Assembly: GCA_001801305.1 (NCBI GenBank)
Contig: MGXH01000002.1
Span: forward strand, 3,054 to 67,053
Reading direction: 5' to 3'
Origin: Gammaproteobacteria bacterium GWE2_42_36
Lineage (GTDB): Bacteria > Pseudomonadota > Gammaproteobacteria > UBA12402
DNA: 64,000 nucleotides
In this document: positions 48,374 to 58,455 of the stretch, one piece after another
Layout of the letters: the number at the start of each line of letters is the position of its first letter
Position numbering within the stretch: the stretch's first letter is position 1
Made by a program: the position numbers and the translations under genes
Notes under the pieces: generated by a model
What the model saw: only the letters and a program-made list of their open reading frames with translations
Databases searched by the model: none
What the model was told of the DNA's origin: nothing

Positions 48374-50800
48374 ATGAGTGAAAAAAATTTACAATTACCC
48401 AATGTGAAACAACCTCACGAATTACCTGTTGTTGCTTTACGGGATGTGGTTATTTATCCCAGTAATGTTTTACCCTTATTTGTCGGTCGCAAAAAAACTA
48501 TCAAAGCCGTCGAATTAGCGATGAATCTTTATGATAAAAAAGTGTTGCTGGTCGCTCAAAGAAAAGCAATGACGGAAGATCCAAAACCTGGCGATTTATA
48601 CGAAGTGGGAACCATTGGCTCCATTTTGCAATTTTTAAAACTGCCCGATGGGACGGTGAAAATTCTCGTTGAAGGAGAGCAGCGAGCCTCTATTCATTCG
48701 TTTGCATTCAAAGAAGAGACTGTTTTTGGTGAGATTTCTGTTGTCGAAGACACGACGGATGAAAAAAATATTACGGCGCAAGCTTTAGTGCGCAGCACAT
48801 TATCTTTATTTGAGCAATATGCCAGGCATAGCAAAAAAATCCCCATAGAAATTATTTCGGTTTTATCGACGATTGAAAGCGCCAGTCAAATTATTGACTC
48901 GATTGCGGCTCACGTACTTTTAAAGATTGAAGAAAAGCAGTTGCTATTAGAGACCTTTGATTTGCAAGCACGTGCTGAAAAATTATTGAAATTTCTTGAA
49001 CGTGAAGTTGAGGTGATGAGTATTGAGAAAAAGATTGGTTCTCGGGTTAAAGGGCAAATTGAAAAAAATCAGCGCGAATATTATTTGACCGAACAGATGA
49101 AGGCCATTCAGAAAGAATTGGGTGAGTTAGAGAATTTACCGAATGAGCAAGATTTATATTTAAAAAAGATCAAAAAATCCGGTATGCCAAAATTGGTTCA
49201 AGAAAAAGCAAAAGCGGAGCTCAATAAACTCAAGCTCATGCCGCATTTCTCTGCTGAAGCGACGGTTTCACGCAATTATTTAGACACATTGATTGCTGTC
49301 CCTTGGACTAAAGAAACCACTGTGAATCGAAATTTAATGCGCGCTGAAAAGATCTTGGATGAAGAACATTATGGGTTGGATAAAGTGAAGGAACGCATTT
49401 TAGAATATCTCGCTGTTCAAAATCGAGTAAGTCAAATCAAAGGGCCCATTTTATGCCTTGTTGGCCCTCCTGGCGTTGGAAAAACTTCTTTAGGAAAGTC
49501 GATTGCCCATGCGACGGGCAGAAAATTTGCTCGTATGTCATTGGGTGGGGTTCGTGATGAAGCGGAAATACGAGGCCATCGTCGAACGTATGTGGGCGCT
49601 TTACCGGGCAAAATTGTTTATCACTTATCAAAAGCAGGCGTTCGAAATCCACTCTTTTTATTGGACGAGATCGACAAAATGACGATGGATTTTCGTGGTG
49701 ATCCCTCTTCAGCGTTGCTAGAAGTTTTGGATCCTGAGCAAAATAATTCATTCAATGATCATTATTTAGAAGTGGATTATGATTTGTCGCACGTCATGTT
49801 CGTTACGACCGCTAATACGCTGGATATTCCGCCGGCTTTATTAGATCGCATGGAAGTGATTCATCTTTCTGGTTATACGGAAGACGAAAAAATTCATATT
49901 GCTATCCAACATTTATTACCGAAGCAAATTAAAGAGAGCGGATTAAAAACACAAGAAATATCAATCAATGATACGGTTATTCGAGATATTATTCGTTATT
50001 ACACACGGGAAGCGGGCGTTAGAAATTTAGAGCGAGAATTAGCTAAATTATGTCGTAAAGTCGTCAAGCGTATTTTATTAGATAAAAAATTAAAAAAACT
50101 CGAAATCTCTTCGGAAAATCTGGAAGATTATTTAGGTGTTCATCGTTATCGCTATGGAGAAGCAGAAGAAAAAGATCAAGTGGGACAAGTGACTGGCCTG
50201 GCCTGGACAGAAGTGGGCGGCGAGCTCTTAACCATCGAAGCAGCTACGATGCCAGGGAAAGGAGAGGCAATCGTGACAGGCCAAATTGGAGAGGTCATGC
50301 AAGAATCCATTAAGGCTGCCATGACGATTGTTCGCAGCCGTGCTCAGTTGTTTGGGATTGACCCACACTTTTTTGAGAAACACGACACCCACATCCATGT
50401 GCCGGAAGGTGCGATTCCTAAAGATGGGCCTAGCGCCGGCATTGCGATGTGTACCGCAATCATCTCAATTTTAACGAAAACGCCTGTGCGTGCTAATGTC
50501 GCTATGACAGGAGAAATTACTTTGCGCGGGGAAGTCTTACCAATTGGGGGATTAAAAGAAAAACTATTGGCTGCTAAGCGTGGGAATATTAAGCATGTCA
50601 TTATTCCACGGGAAAACACCAAAGATTTAAAAGAAATTCCTGATAATGTGAAGGAAAACTTACAGATTCATCCAGTCCGATGGATCGAAGAAGTCTTGCA
50701 ATTAGCCTTGCAACACGCGCCAAAACCGTTGAAAGCCAAAAAGCAACCACGTAAAGGTTCGTCCAGCAAACCAGTGCATAAAAAGACACGAAAAAAATAA
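48374..50800 (+). CDS. lon: Lon protease
   Basis: LON N-domain, Walker [10 protein letters not shown], and a Ser-Lys dyad region ([17 protein letters not shown]). Confidence 0.95.
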   Translation: MSEKNLQLPNVKQPHELPVVALRDVVIYPSNVLPLFVGRKKTIKAVELAMNLYDKKVLLVAQRKAMTEDPKPGDLYEVGTIGSILQFLKLPDGTVKILVEGEQRASIHSFAFKEETVFGEISVVEDTTDEKNITAQALVRSTLSLFEQYARHSKKIPIEIISVLSTIESASQIIDSIAAHVLLKIEEKQLLLETFDLQARAEKLLKFLEREVEVMSIEKKIGSRVKGQIEKNQREYYLTEQMKAIQKELGELENLPNEQDLYLKKIKKSGMPKLVQEKAKAELNKLKLMPHFSAEATVSRNYLDTLIAVPWTKETTVNRNLMRAEKILDEEHYGLDKVKERILEYLAVQNRVSQIKGPILCLVGPPGVGKTSLGKSIAHATGRKFARMSLGGVRDEAEIRGHRRTYVGALPGKIVYHLSKAGVRNPLFLLDEIDKMTMDFRGDPSSALLEVLDPEQNNSFNDHYLEVDYDLSHVMFVTTANTLDIPPALLDRMEVIHLSGYTEDEKIHIAIQHLLPKQIKESGLKTQEISINDTVIRDIIRYYTREAGVRNLERELAKLCRKVVKRILLDKKLKKLEISSENLEDYLGVHRYRYGEAEEKDQVGQVTGLAWTEVGGELLTIEAATMPGKGEAIVTGQIGEVMQESIKAAMTIVRSRAQLFGIDPHFFEKHDTHIHVPEGAIPKDGPSAGIAMCTAIISILTKTPVRANVAMTGEITLRGEVLPIGGLKEKLLAAKRGNIKHVIIPRENTKDLKEIPDNVKENLQIHPVRWIEEVLQLALQHAPKPLKAKKQPRKGSSSKPVHKKTRKK

Positions 50801-51015
50801 TTATTTACGGCACAGTGATGATGCAAACATGTTCAGATTGGGGATGACTCTTCATCAAAAAGAGTCGAAATAGGGGCATTCAAAAAACTAGGCCAAAATG
50901 TTACTACAAAAAACTTTTGTCGCGAAAACGCACGACAAAAGTTTAAATTTTCATAAAAACACTATATCTCTATTTCAAAAAAGCGCACTCAGAAGCAAAT
51001 TCAAGAGGAATAAGC

Positions 51016-51045
51016 TTGACAGTGCTTTTGAAGTATTGGTATAAA
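51016..51045 (+). promoter_or_regulatory. sigma70-type promoter for hupB (TTGACA, ~17-18 bp spacer, TATAAA)
   Basis: Hexamers read from the sequence about 105 nt upstream of the hupB start. Confidence 0.4.
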
Positions 51046-51150
51046 TTCACCTTCTTTATTATATTTCGATATACGGTGCAATAATTTTGAATTATCGTAA
51101 AGAAATTAATGAATTTTTATTTAATATCTTTCAATGGAGAGGAACTAATT

Positions 51151-51429
51151 ATGAACAAAGGCGAAATGATTAAAGCAATAGCGGATGCAGCTGATTTGTC
51201 TTTAAATAAAACGGGCGAAATACTTGATACGATGCTTGAGACAATCGTCAAGACTTTAGCAAAAGATGAAGAAGTTACTTTAATCGGTTTTGGTACGTTT
51301 AAACTATCTAAAAGATCTGCTCGAAAAGGTCGTAATCCGCTAACTGGAGAGACCATTCAAATCGCCGCCAAAAAATTACCTGTTTTTAAAGCCGGTAAGA
51401 AATTTAAAGACGCTGTCGATAAAAAATAA
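51151..51429 (+). CDS. hupB: DNA-binding protein HU-beta
   Basis: MNKGEMIKAIADAADLSLNKTGEILDTMLETI... with the HU beta-arm motif (RNPLTGETIQIAAKKLPVFKAGK). The start was taken at Met15 of the track ORF, with a GGAGAGGAA Shine-Dalgarno. Confidence 0.9.
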   Translation: MNKGEMIKAIADAADLSLNKTGEILDTMLETIVKTLAKDEEVTLIGFGTFKLSKRSARKGRNPLTGETIQIAAKKLPVFKAGKKFKDAVDKK

Positions 51430-51476
51430 CGTTGCATTATTTGTAAAATAACGTAAACTCTTCGCCTTGTGCAATG

Positions 51477-51551
51477 GGGTGCTTAGCTCAGTGGTAGAGC
51501 ATCGCCCTTACAAGGCGGGGGTCGTGGGTTCAAGCCCCTCAGCACCCACCA
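51477..51551 (+). tRNA. tRNA-Val (anticodon TAC)
   Basis: gggtgcttagctcagtggtagagcatcgcccttacaaggcgggggtcgtgggttcaagcccctcagcaccca+CCA: anticodon loop cttacaa, T-loop ggttcaagc. Confidence 0.9.
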
Positions 51552-51569
51552 GAGCATGTTTGATTTTTT

Positions 51570-51646
51570 GGAGTGGTAGTTCAGTTGGTTAGAATACCGG
51601 CCTGTCACGTCGGGGGTCGCGGGTTCAAGTCCCGTCCACTCCGCCA
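51570..51646 (+). tRNA. tRNA-Asp (anticodon GTC)
   Basis: ggagtggtagttcagttggttagaataccggcctgtcacgtcgggggtcgcgggttcaagtcccgtccactccg+CCA: anticodon loop cctgtcacg. Confidence 0.9.
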
Positions 51647-51671
51647 GCATTTGGAAGGATAAGCAAAAACC

Positions 51672-53612
51672 ATGTTGCAATTTATTCGAGAAAAATCTCA
51701 AGGATGGATTGCGTCGGTTATTGTAATTGGTGTTTGCATTCCTTTCATTTTGTGGGGCGTTAAAAGTTATTTGTATGGTCAATCCAATGAAGCGCTTGTA
51801 GCCACAGTCAATGGCAACAAAATAACACAGCGCGATTTCTTATTTTTTTACAATCAATATAAACAACAGCAACGAATGGATCAGCCGGATAGCGAAATGG
51901 CGGTCAACACAACAGCACTCAAAGAAGCCGCTTTGCAATCGATGATTTCCAATCTTACGTTAACGCAAGATGCGACAGGCCATGGTTTTGTGGCTGCACC
52001 CGAATTAATTGATGCGACGCTTGCAAAAATACCTATTTTTCAAGTTAATGGTGTTTTTTCCAGTATTCGCTTTGAGGAAATATTAAGTCGTATGCTCTAT
52101 ACCCCAGAGACTTTTTTCCAACAATTGAGCAATAAAATTTTAGTTAATCAAGTAAAAAGCGGATTTGTAGATACCGCTTTTGTGTTGCCCAGTGAAATTA
52201 ATCGTTCGATCGCTTTAGTTAATCAATGGCGTGATTTCGATTATCTCATCGTCCCAAAAAATCGCTTTTTATCAAAAGTAACGGTGTCGAATCAAGCAAT
52301 AAAGGATTACTATGGACAGCATCCAGAAGCCTTTAAAACCATTGAAAAAGCGAGTTTTGATTATATTCGATTATCGCTGAATGACCTGGTTCAATCGATA
52401 CAACCTACACCTGCTCAGCTACAAGATTTTTATCAGACCAATATAACGGCTTATACTGTGCCTCGCCAATGGCAAGTTCAATATATTAGTTTGCCGATTC
52501 CGATGCAGGAGACGCCAAAACAATTAGCAGCAGTAGATCAATCGATTAAAACGATTACGCAACAAATTAAAACAGGTGTCGATTTCGTTAAGCTAATTCA
52601 ACAATATTCGGATGATAAAAGCACGGCCGTCAATGAAAAACAATTAGCTTGGATAAATGCAGGACAAGTGACGGATATCGTTCGTGATGCTTTGATGAAA
52701 ATGAAAGTGGGTGATATTTCTATGCCCATCCGTACATCACAAGGGTACCAAATTTTAAAAGTCGTTAATGTGAAACCGGAAAAGGTTATGCCTTTTAGCC
52801 AAGTCAAAGATAAAATCATGCTCGCCTATCGTCAACAAAAAGCAGAACAAACCTTTGCCAACTTAAATGATAAATTAGCCAATTTAACTTACGAAACGCC
52901 GAATTCTTTAACATCCGCAGCAACGACATTAAACCTCAAAGTTCAAACAACAGATTTATTGACGCGACAAGGCGGTAACGATTCTTTCACAAAAGACGCC
53001 CGTATTTTACAGGCTGCTTTTAGCGATGATGTGATCATCCAACACAATAACAGCGCGCCTATTAACTTAGATGAGAATACAGTCGTTGTGCTTCGTCTAC
53101 ATCAATACGAACCAGCACAAATCAAACCGTTTGATCAAGTCAAGGCAGACATTACTCGATTGTTACAAGATCAAGCAGCGAAAGCGCAAGCTGAAAGTGC
53201 AGGACAACAAATACTGGTTAATTTAAAAATAGGGACATTGCCTAAAACGGATGCTTCTGGATTCCCGTTATCATGGCAATCCAAACGGAATATTAAATCT
53301 AGAGATAAAACGGTTCCCTCTGAGATTTTGATGGTGGCATTTCGTATGGCCAGGCCGAGTAAAGTGCCGACGCAGAAAGGGTTATCACTCGCTTCAGGCG
53401 ATTATGCCATTATTCGATTAAACCAAGTTCAAACTATTTTACCAGGGACAGTTGATCACCCCAAACAACAAGCTTTTACGGAAAGCATGTCCAATGGGTA
53501 CGGTAATTTAGATTATAATTTTTATGCAGAAGGCCTTTCGAATAAAGCCAAAGTGAAACGCTATGCCTCTCTTGATGCAACGCAATCAGATCCATCGAAC
53601 GATGGCGCGTAA
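51672..53612 (+). CDS. ppiD: periplasmic chaperone / peptidyl-prolyl isomerase PpiD
   Basis: 646 aa with an N-terminal TM anchor (WIASVIVIGVCIPFILWGV), SurA-like chaperone regions and a parvulin-like domain (VDFVKLIQQYSDD...GYQILKVV). Conserved position after lon-hupB. Confidence 0.8.
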   Translation: MLQFIREKSQGWIASVIVIGVCIPFILWGVKSYLYGQSNEALVATVNGNKITQRDFLFFYNQYKQQQRMDQPDSEMAVNTTALKEAALQSMISNLTLTQDATGHGFVAAPELIDATLAKIPIFQVNGVFSSIRFEEILSRMLYTPETFFQQLSNKILVNQVKSGFVDTAFVLPSEINRSIALVNQWRDFDYLIVPKNRFLSKVTVSNQAIKDYYGQHPEAFKTIEKASFDYIRLSLNDLVQSIQPTPAQLQDFYQTNITAYTVPRQWQVQYISLPIPMQETPKQLAAVDQSIKTITQQIKTGVDFVKLIQQYSDDKSTAVNEKQLAWINAGQVTDIVRDALMKMKVGDISMPIRTSQGYQILKVVNVKPEKVMPFSQVKDKIMLAYRQQKAEQTFANLNDKLANLTYETPNSLTSAATTLNLKVQTTDLLTRQGGNDSFTKDARILQAAFSDDVIIQHNNSAPINLDENTVVVLRLHQYEPAQIKPFDQVKADITRLLQDQAAKAQAESAGQQILVNLKIGTLPKTDASGFPLSWQSKRNIKSRDKTVPSEILMVAFRMARPSKVPTQKGLSLASGDYAIIRLNQVQTILPGTVDHPKQQAFTESMSNGYGNLDYNFYAEGLSNKAKVKRYASLDATQSDPSNDGA

Positions 53613-54334
53613 TGTGGTCGGCTTTACAACTCCGCTATGATGCGCTTCGTTTATCGGCTAATCGTACTGGCATTACAGACTCGGCAATCCAAGCCGTTAA
53701 AACAAGATTTTTCACCCAAAAGAATAATTGCTGGATTGCTGATGAAGGTTTTTGGAAACCGACGGGTATTGTACTGGGTTATCCATTCCCCGATTTTTTA
53801 ATTCAACATTTTTTAACGATTCGTCATCAAATACTTGAGATGCTGAATCTTTCTTCGACTGAGTATTGGCTTCAACAAGCGGAACATTTTCACACGACGA
53901 TCCAATCGTATTCGCATTATACGGAAAGAGGATTTAACCCCCGCATTATATTTCCGGGCGATGAATTGCCAAAAGCACAGCAAATTATGACTGCATTCAG
54001 CCCCATCACCCTTATTTATCAAGGAATACTGATTACGGCCGATGGCTCGATATTGGCTACCGGTTTTTTAGAAAATAACGATCTTTTTTCATTGCGAGAA
54101 CAATTAAAAAAAACAATCTTAGGCATTACGCAAAGAGATTTTAATATTGCGCACTGTAAAATAGGGCAACTACTGATCCCTTTATCGTCTGAAAAAGTGA
54201 CGGCGATCAACGACGCCTTTTCCTCACTACCGATTGGGAAATGTGTTTTTCAGTTTGCAACGGCTTGTCGAGGCGAAAAACTATATTTTGCATCGACAAA
54301 TACAAAAAGTTCCGATACATTTTCATTGTCATAA
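53612..54334 (+). CDS. hypothetical protein, translationally coupled to ppiD (TAATG overlap)
   Basis: 240-aa ORF. No confident family assignment could be made from the sequence. Confidence 0.5.
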   Translation: MWSALQLRYDALRLSANRTGITDSAIQAVKTRFFTQKNNCWIADEGFWKPTGIVLGYPFPDFLIQHFLTIRHQILEMLNLSSTEYWLQQAEHFHTTIQSYSHYTERGFNPRIIFPGDELPKAQQIMTAFSPITLIYQGILITADGSILATGFLENNDLFSLREQLKKTILGITQRDFNIAHCKIGQLLIPLSSEKVTAINDAFSSLPIGKCVFQFATACRGEKLYFASTNTKSSDTFSLS

Positions 54335-54353
54335 ATCATCATAAGGATTCATT

Positions 54354-55571
54354 ATGAAAAAATATAATCCCGAAGAAGCGATTGTCGAAGTGCGTCGAGA
54401 ATTCGGTGAACATGGCGGCGTGACGCCTTCCATTGAACGCTCGTCGACTTTTACCGTATTAGATCCTGCCGTCATGACCCAAATTTTCCAGGGTGAAAAA
54501 TCGCCAGAAGAGGGCGATTATTTTCTTTATAGTCGCAATTTTAATCCGACCGTTAATGTGTTATGTCGTTATTTAGCGGCAATGGAAGGATCTGAAAGTG
54601 CTATCGCGACAGCCAGCGGTATTTCAGCGATTGCTTGCGCTTTATTGCAATTGTGTCGCCAAGGCGATCACATCATCGCCAGTCATCAAATTTACGGAGG
54701 CACCCATGCCTTGCTAGAAAAAATTTTTCCGGCGATGGGTATTCGAGTCACTTTTGTCCATCCGACTGATTTGTCTTCTATTAAGGCTGCCATAACGCCC
54801 CAAACTAAAGTGATTTACACCGAAACTATGGGGAACCCTATCCTCACCATCGCTAATATTCCAGCGTTGGCAGAAATTGCTCATCAACATCAGATTCAGT
54901 TGGTCGTTGATAACACATTTACGCCCCTGCTTGTTTCTCCGCTGATACTAGGTGCTGATATCGTTGTTCATTCCATGACGAAATTCATCAATGGGGCCAG
55001 CGATATCGTTGCCGGGGCCATCTGTGCATCGAAAGATTTTATTTACCAGTTGATGGATTTGCATCAAGGGCGATTGATGCTTTTGGGGCCGACGATTGAT
55101 CCACGCGTGGCTTTTGATGTTATTCAACGATTGCCTCATTTAGGACTGCGTATGCGAGAGCATGGCGTTCGCGCTATGGCGATTGCAGAGCGGCTGCAAA
55201 CATTGGGAGTGAAAGTGCGATATCCAGGATTGCCTTCTCATCCGGAACATACTGTGCTGAAATCGATGTTAAATGAGGGTTACGGTTTTGGCGGGATGCT
55301 AACGATCGATTGTGAAACACGTGCAAAGGCGGAAAAGTTGCTATCTATTTTGCAAAACGAAGAAAGATTTGGATTGATTGCTGTATCGCTGGGATATTTT
55401 GATACCTTGATGAGCTGTTCCGGTTCATCAACCTCTTCAGAAATTTCCAACGAAGAGCAAAACCAAATGGGATTGTCTCCCGGACTAATTCGATTAGCGA
55501 TCGGTTACACAGGGAGTTTAGAAGTTCGTTTAGATCAAATAACACGAGCGGTGAAAAAAGTTTTCACTTAA
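54354..55571 (+). CDS. Cys/Met-metabolism PLP-dependent enzyme (methionine gamma-lyase / cystathionine gamma-synthase family)
   Basis: 405 aa with the PLP-lysine motif VVHSMTKFINGASD and the family core (YSRNFNPTVNVL, DNTFTPL). Confidence 0.8.
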   Translation: MKKYNPEEAIVEVRREFGEHGGVTPSIERSSTFTVLDPAVMTQIFQGEKSPEEGDYFLYSRNFNPTVNVLCRYLAAMEGSESAIATASGISAIACALLQLCRQGDHIIASHQIYGGTHALLEKIFPAMGIRVTFVHPTDLSSIKAAITPQTKVIYTETMGNPILTIANIPALAEIAHQHQIQLVVDNTFTPLLVSPLILGADIVVHSMTKFINGASDIVAGAICASKDFIYQLMDLHQGRLMLLGPTIDPRVAFDVIQRLPHLGLRMREHGVRAMAIAERLQTLGVKVRYPGLPSHPEHTVLKSMLNEGYGFGGMLTIDCETRAKAEKLLSILQNEERFGLIAVSLGYFDTLMSCSGSSTSSEISNEEQNQMGLSPGLIRLAIGYTGSLEVRLDQITRAVKKVFT

Positions 55572-55639
55572 GATGAGATGCCTAGAGTGATAGGTACCAT
55601 TGTCATTAGGGGCTTTACATCAAGGAAAGAGTAGGTCCG

Positions 55640-56779
55640 ATGAATGCCAGAGATATTTTACTAGACATTTTTAAAGTGGCCTTGAGTGCGGTTCATGGAA
55701 GAACGTGTGTTCGATCTTATTTGGCCACTCACAGCCTTGAACCCATATCGCAGCCTATTTATTTAATTGCTATAGGGAAAGCCGCTGTTGCGATGTCGTT
55801 AGGCGCTGTTGATTTTTTTGGAAAACAAATTGTTGATGGCTTGATCATTACAAAAAGACAGCATGATCTTGATGCGCCGTTTTTTTGCATTGACGCCTCT
55901 CATCCTATTCCAGATGAAAGTAGTTTGTTAGCGGGAAAAAGGCTACTTGATTTTATTCAGCGTATTCCGCCCTCAAGTCAGATTTTGTTTTTATTGTCGG
56001 GCGGCGCGTCGGCATTAGTCGAAGTTTTACCTAAGTCTATTGATTTAAAAAAACTACAGGCACTGCATACTTATTTAGTGACTTCTGGATTATCAACTAA
56101 ACAAATGAGCGAAATGCGTGCGCAATATTCTGAAATTAAAGGCGGAAAGTTAGTGCGCTATTTGGAAAAATATAATACTTTGCAACTCATTATTTCTGAT
56201 GTTCCATCCAATTGTCCTGAAGAGGTAGGTTCGGGATTGTTATTTCCTTCCGACGAGCAAATTGAAACAGCGGTGATTGCCACGCTGGTGCAGGCTAAGC
56301 ATGCTGCAGCAACTTATGCGTGTCAGTTGGGTTTTGATGTTGATATTGAAGATCGTTATCTAACAGGGGAGGCGACAATCATTGGAAAGAATCTCGCGCA
56401 ATTATTACTTACCGGAAAACCACGCTTGATTATTCGAGGTGGAGAGCCTAGCGTTAAATTACCGGATCAGCCAAAAAAAGGGGGACGTAATAAACATTTG
56501 GCTTTAAGCGCGGCTCAAGTTTTAAAGGGACAATGTGGGGTTTATTTATTATCTTGCGGAACCGATGGAACTGATGGGCCTTGTGATGATACGGGCGCTT
56601 TGGTCGATGGGCATACGATAAGCCGTGGGCAGTCTGCGGGATTTGATCCATCCATGTGTTTGCAAGAAGCCAATGCCGCAGATTTCTTGAGAGCCAGTGG
56701 GGATTTGGTTTTTACGGGGCCTACCGGCACGAATGTCATGGATTTAATTTTGGGGTTGAAAATAAATGATTCGCTGTAA
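55640..56779 (+). CDS. glycerate 2-kinase (MOFRL / DUF4147 family, GckA-like)
   Basis: 379 aa with DUF4147-like N-terminus (IAIGKAAVAMS, LLSGGASALVE) and MOFRL C-terminus (GGEPSVKLPDQPKKGGRNKHLALS, GTDGTDGP). Confidence 0.7.
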   Translation: MNARDILLDIFKVALSAVHGRTCVRSYLATHSLEPISQPIYLIAIGKAAVAMSLGAVDFFGKQIVDGLIITKRQHDLDAPFFCIDASHPIPDESSLLAGKRLLDFIQRIPPSSQILFLLSGGASALVEVLPKSIDLKKLQALHTYLVTSGLSTKQMSEMRAQYSEIKGGKLVRYLEKYNTLQLIISDVPSNCPEEVGSGLLFPSDEQIETAVIATLVQAKHAAATYACQLGFDVDIEDRYLTGEATIIGKNLAQLLLTGKPRLIIRGGEPSVKLPDQPKKGGRNKHLALSAAQVLKGQCGVYLLSCGTDGTDGPCDDTGALVDGHTISRGQSAGFDPSMCLQEANAADFLRASGDLVFTGPTGTNVMDLILGLKINDSL

Positions 56780-57371
56780 ACAGAAACGTCCTTCAGCTGA
56801 CAAAACAAGACATACTATTTTGCAAGTTGCTACACGATTGTTTGCAAAGCATGGTTTTGCCGGTACCTCTATGCGAGATATTGCACAAACTGCTCAAGTA
56901 AGTCTTAATCTTATTACGCATCATTATGAAAGTAAGAAAAATTTATGGAAACAAGTGCGGCTCAACATGGCGAATAAATTTGAGCATTTTTGTGGGGCGA
57001 AAACCAGGCAAGAACCCAGCGATCTTAAGATGTTTTTGGAACGAGCCGTCAGCAATCTTTTTGGTTTTTGGCAAAAACATCCAGAAGCATTGCGAATTCT
57101 TAATTGGCAACGCTTAGAAGCAAAGCAAAAATCTCTCATGATTACTTCAGGCAGTTATTCATTGCATCTTCAAGAGGTTATAGGGGCACTACAAACAAGA
57201 GGACAAGTGCGTCAAGATGTGGATGCAGATATTATTTTGCTATTAATTTTCAGCACGATCCATGGGGCGCTCGAAGAATCGAGTGTCGTCTTTCAAGAAA
57301 ACAAGGCGCACAAGCAAAAAACATACCTTCAGTTGGCCGCAGACAGTTTGTATAAAGCCCTCAAAACTTAA
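56766..57371 (+). CDS. TetR/AcrR-family transcriptional regulator
   Basis: N-terminal HTH signature (TRHTILQVATRLFAKHGFAGTSMRDIAQTAQVSLNLITHHY). Overlaps the glycerate kinase gene by 14 nt. Confidence 0.8.
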   Translation: MIRCKQKRPSADKTRHTILQVATRLFAKHGFAGTSMRDIAQTAQVSLNLITHHYESKKNLWKQVRLNMANKFEHFCGAKTRQEPSDLKMFLERAVSNLFGFWQKHPEALRILNWQRLEAKQKSLMITSGSYSLHLQEVIGALQTRGQVRQDVDADIILLLIFSTIHGALEESSVVFQENKAHKQKTYLQLAADSLYKALKT

Positions 57372-57630
57372 ACAACACGTCAATGCTTGCGCCTGCTTAT
57401 CTTTTTGTCTGGCTTGACGAGAAATCATCCAAAATCTGAACATTATTGGCTTATTATGATCGTATGAATGGAGATAGATTCTAATAAATAATTGTACATA
57501 CGTTCAATTATTTATTAGAATACCGCTGTATTCGATAATCATACAAAGAGAATGTGATGGGAACGATTCGGGGAGGCGAACACACTAACTTGCGAAAAGC
57601 GCAACTGCAGGCGCATTATTTTTATCATTA

Positions 57631-58422
57631 ATGGCACTTTGCTCAAAGCTAGCGCTACCACATTCCAGTGAACCAGTCCTTACCTTTTTTCGTTTTTCTA
57701 TAGCAGCGCTATATATTTTCGCCATGCTATTGATGCGGCACTTGCGTGGTTGCCCCATATCTCTTAAAACACAACATCTTGGGATGCATATCATGCGTGC
57801 CATTGCTTCGACCGGTGCCATGTACTCACTTTATTATGCCTTGCGTTACATTCCACTTGTCAATGCCAATTTATTGTCATTAACTTACCCTTTGTTTGCC
57901 TTGGTGTTAATCGCTATCTTTTTTAAAGAAAAACCCCGTTTATTCAGCTGGCTTGCCATGATGGTTGGATTCATGGGCATTATTTTTGTACTCAAACCTA
58001 CACTTACATTATTCAATCTTGCGTCAGGGGTAGGCTTGTTTTCCGGACTATGTGCTGCCGTGAGTATTTTGGGTATTCGTGAATTGAGTCAACACGAACA
58101 TCCCTATACGATCCTATTTTACTATACATCGATTGCTCTTTTAATTAGTAGTGCACTGGTTGTTTTTTATTGGCAAACGCCTGATAATTTGACGTTACTT
58201 GCGTTGTTAGGTGTTGGTGTTTTTGGAGTGCTCTATCAAGAATTGTTAACGAGAGCCTTAATTTATGCGCCGGCCTATATTCCATCATCGTTTATGTATC
58301 TAAGCGTAGTATTTAGCGGTATCTTTGGTATGTTGATTTGGAGATACATACCCGATGGCTGGTCGTGGTTTGGCATAGGACTCGTTTGCTTGAGCAACAT
58401 TATTATCATTATTTTGAAATAG
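57631..58422 (+). CDS. EamA/DMT-family transporter
   Basis: 263 aa with about 9-10 hydrophobic helices and duplicated EamA-like halves. An in-frame TAA lies 43 nt upstream, so the ATG at 57631 is the first possible start. Confidence 0.65.
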   Translation: MALCSKLALPHSSEPVLTFFRFSIAALYIFAMLLMRHLRGCPISLKTQHLGMHIMRAIASTGAMYSLYYALRYIPLVNANLLSLTYPLFALVLIAIFFKEKPRLFSWLAMMVGFMGIIFVLKPTLTLFNLASGVGLFSGLCAAVSILGIRELSQHEHPYTILFYYTSIALLISSALVVFYWQTPDNLTLLALLGVGVFGVLYQELLTRALIYAPAYIPSSFMYLSVVFSGIFGMLIWRYIPDGWSWFGIGLVCLSNIIIIILK

Positions 58423-58455
58423 CGTGTTTTTATTAAAAAAGAGAAATTTTTTTTC

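Noticed and set aside
51483-51782. 99-aa minus-strand ORF overlapping tRNA-Val and tRNA-Asp and the ppiD start
   Set aside because: It lies entirely antisense to two well-formed tRNA genes and the ppiD 5' end. Its stop-free frame is explained by the GC-rich tRNA sequence, so it is not a gene.
53612-54334. Possible 2H-phosphoesterase (LigT-like) assignment for the ppiD-coupled ORF, based on an HFHTT / SHYTE pair
   Set aside because: The two H-x-T motifs are only about 7 residues apart rather than ~80-100 aa apart as in 2H enzymes, so the family call was dropped.
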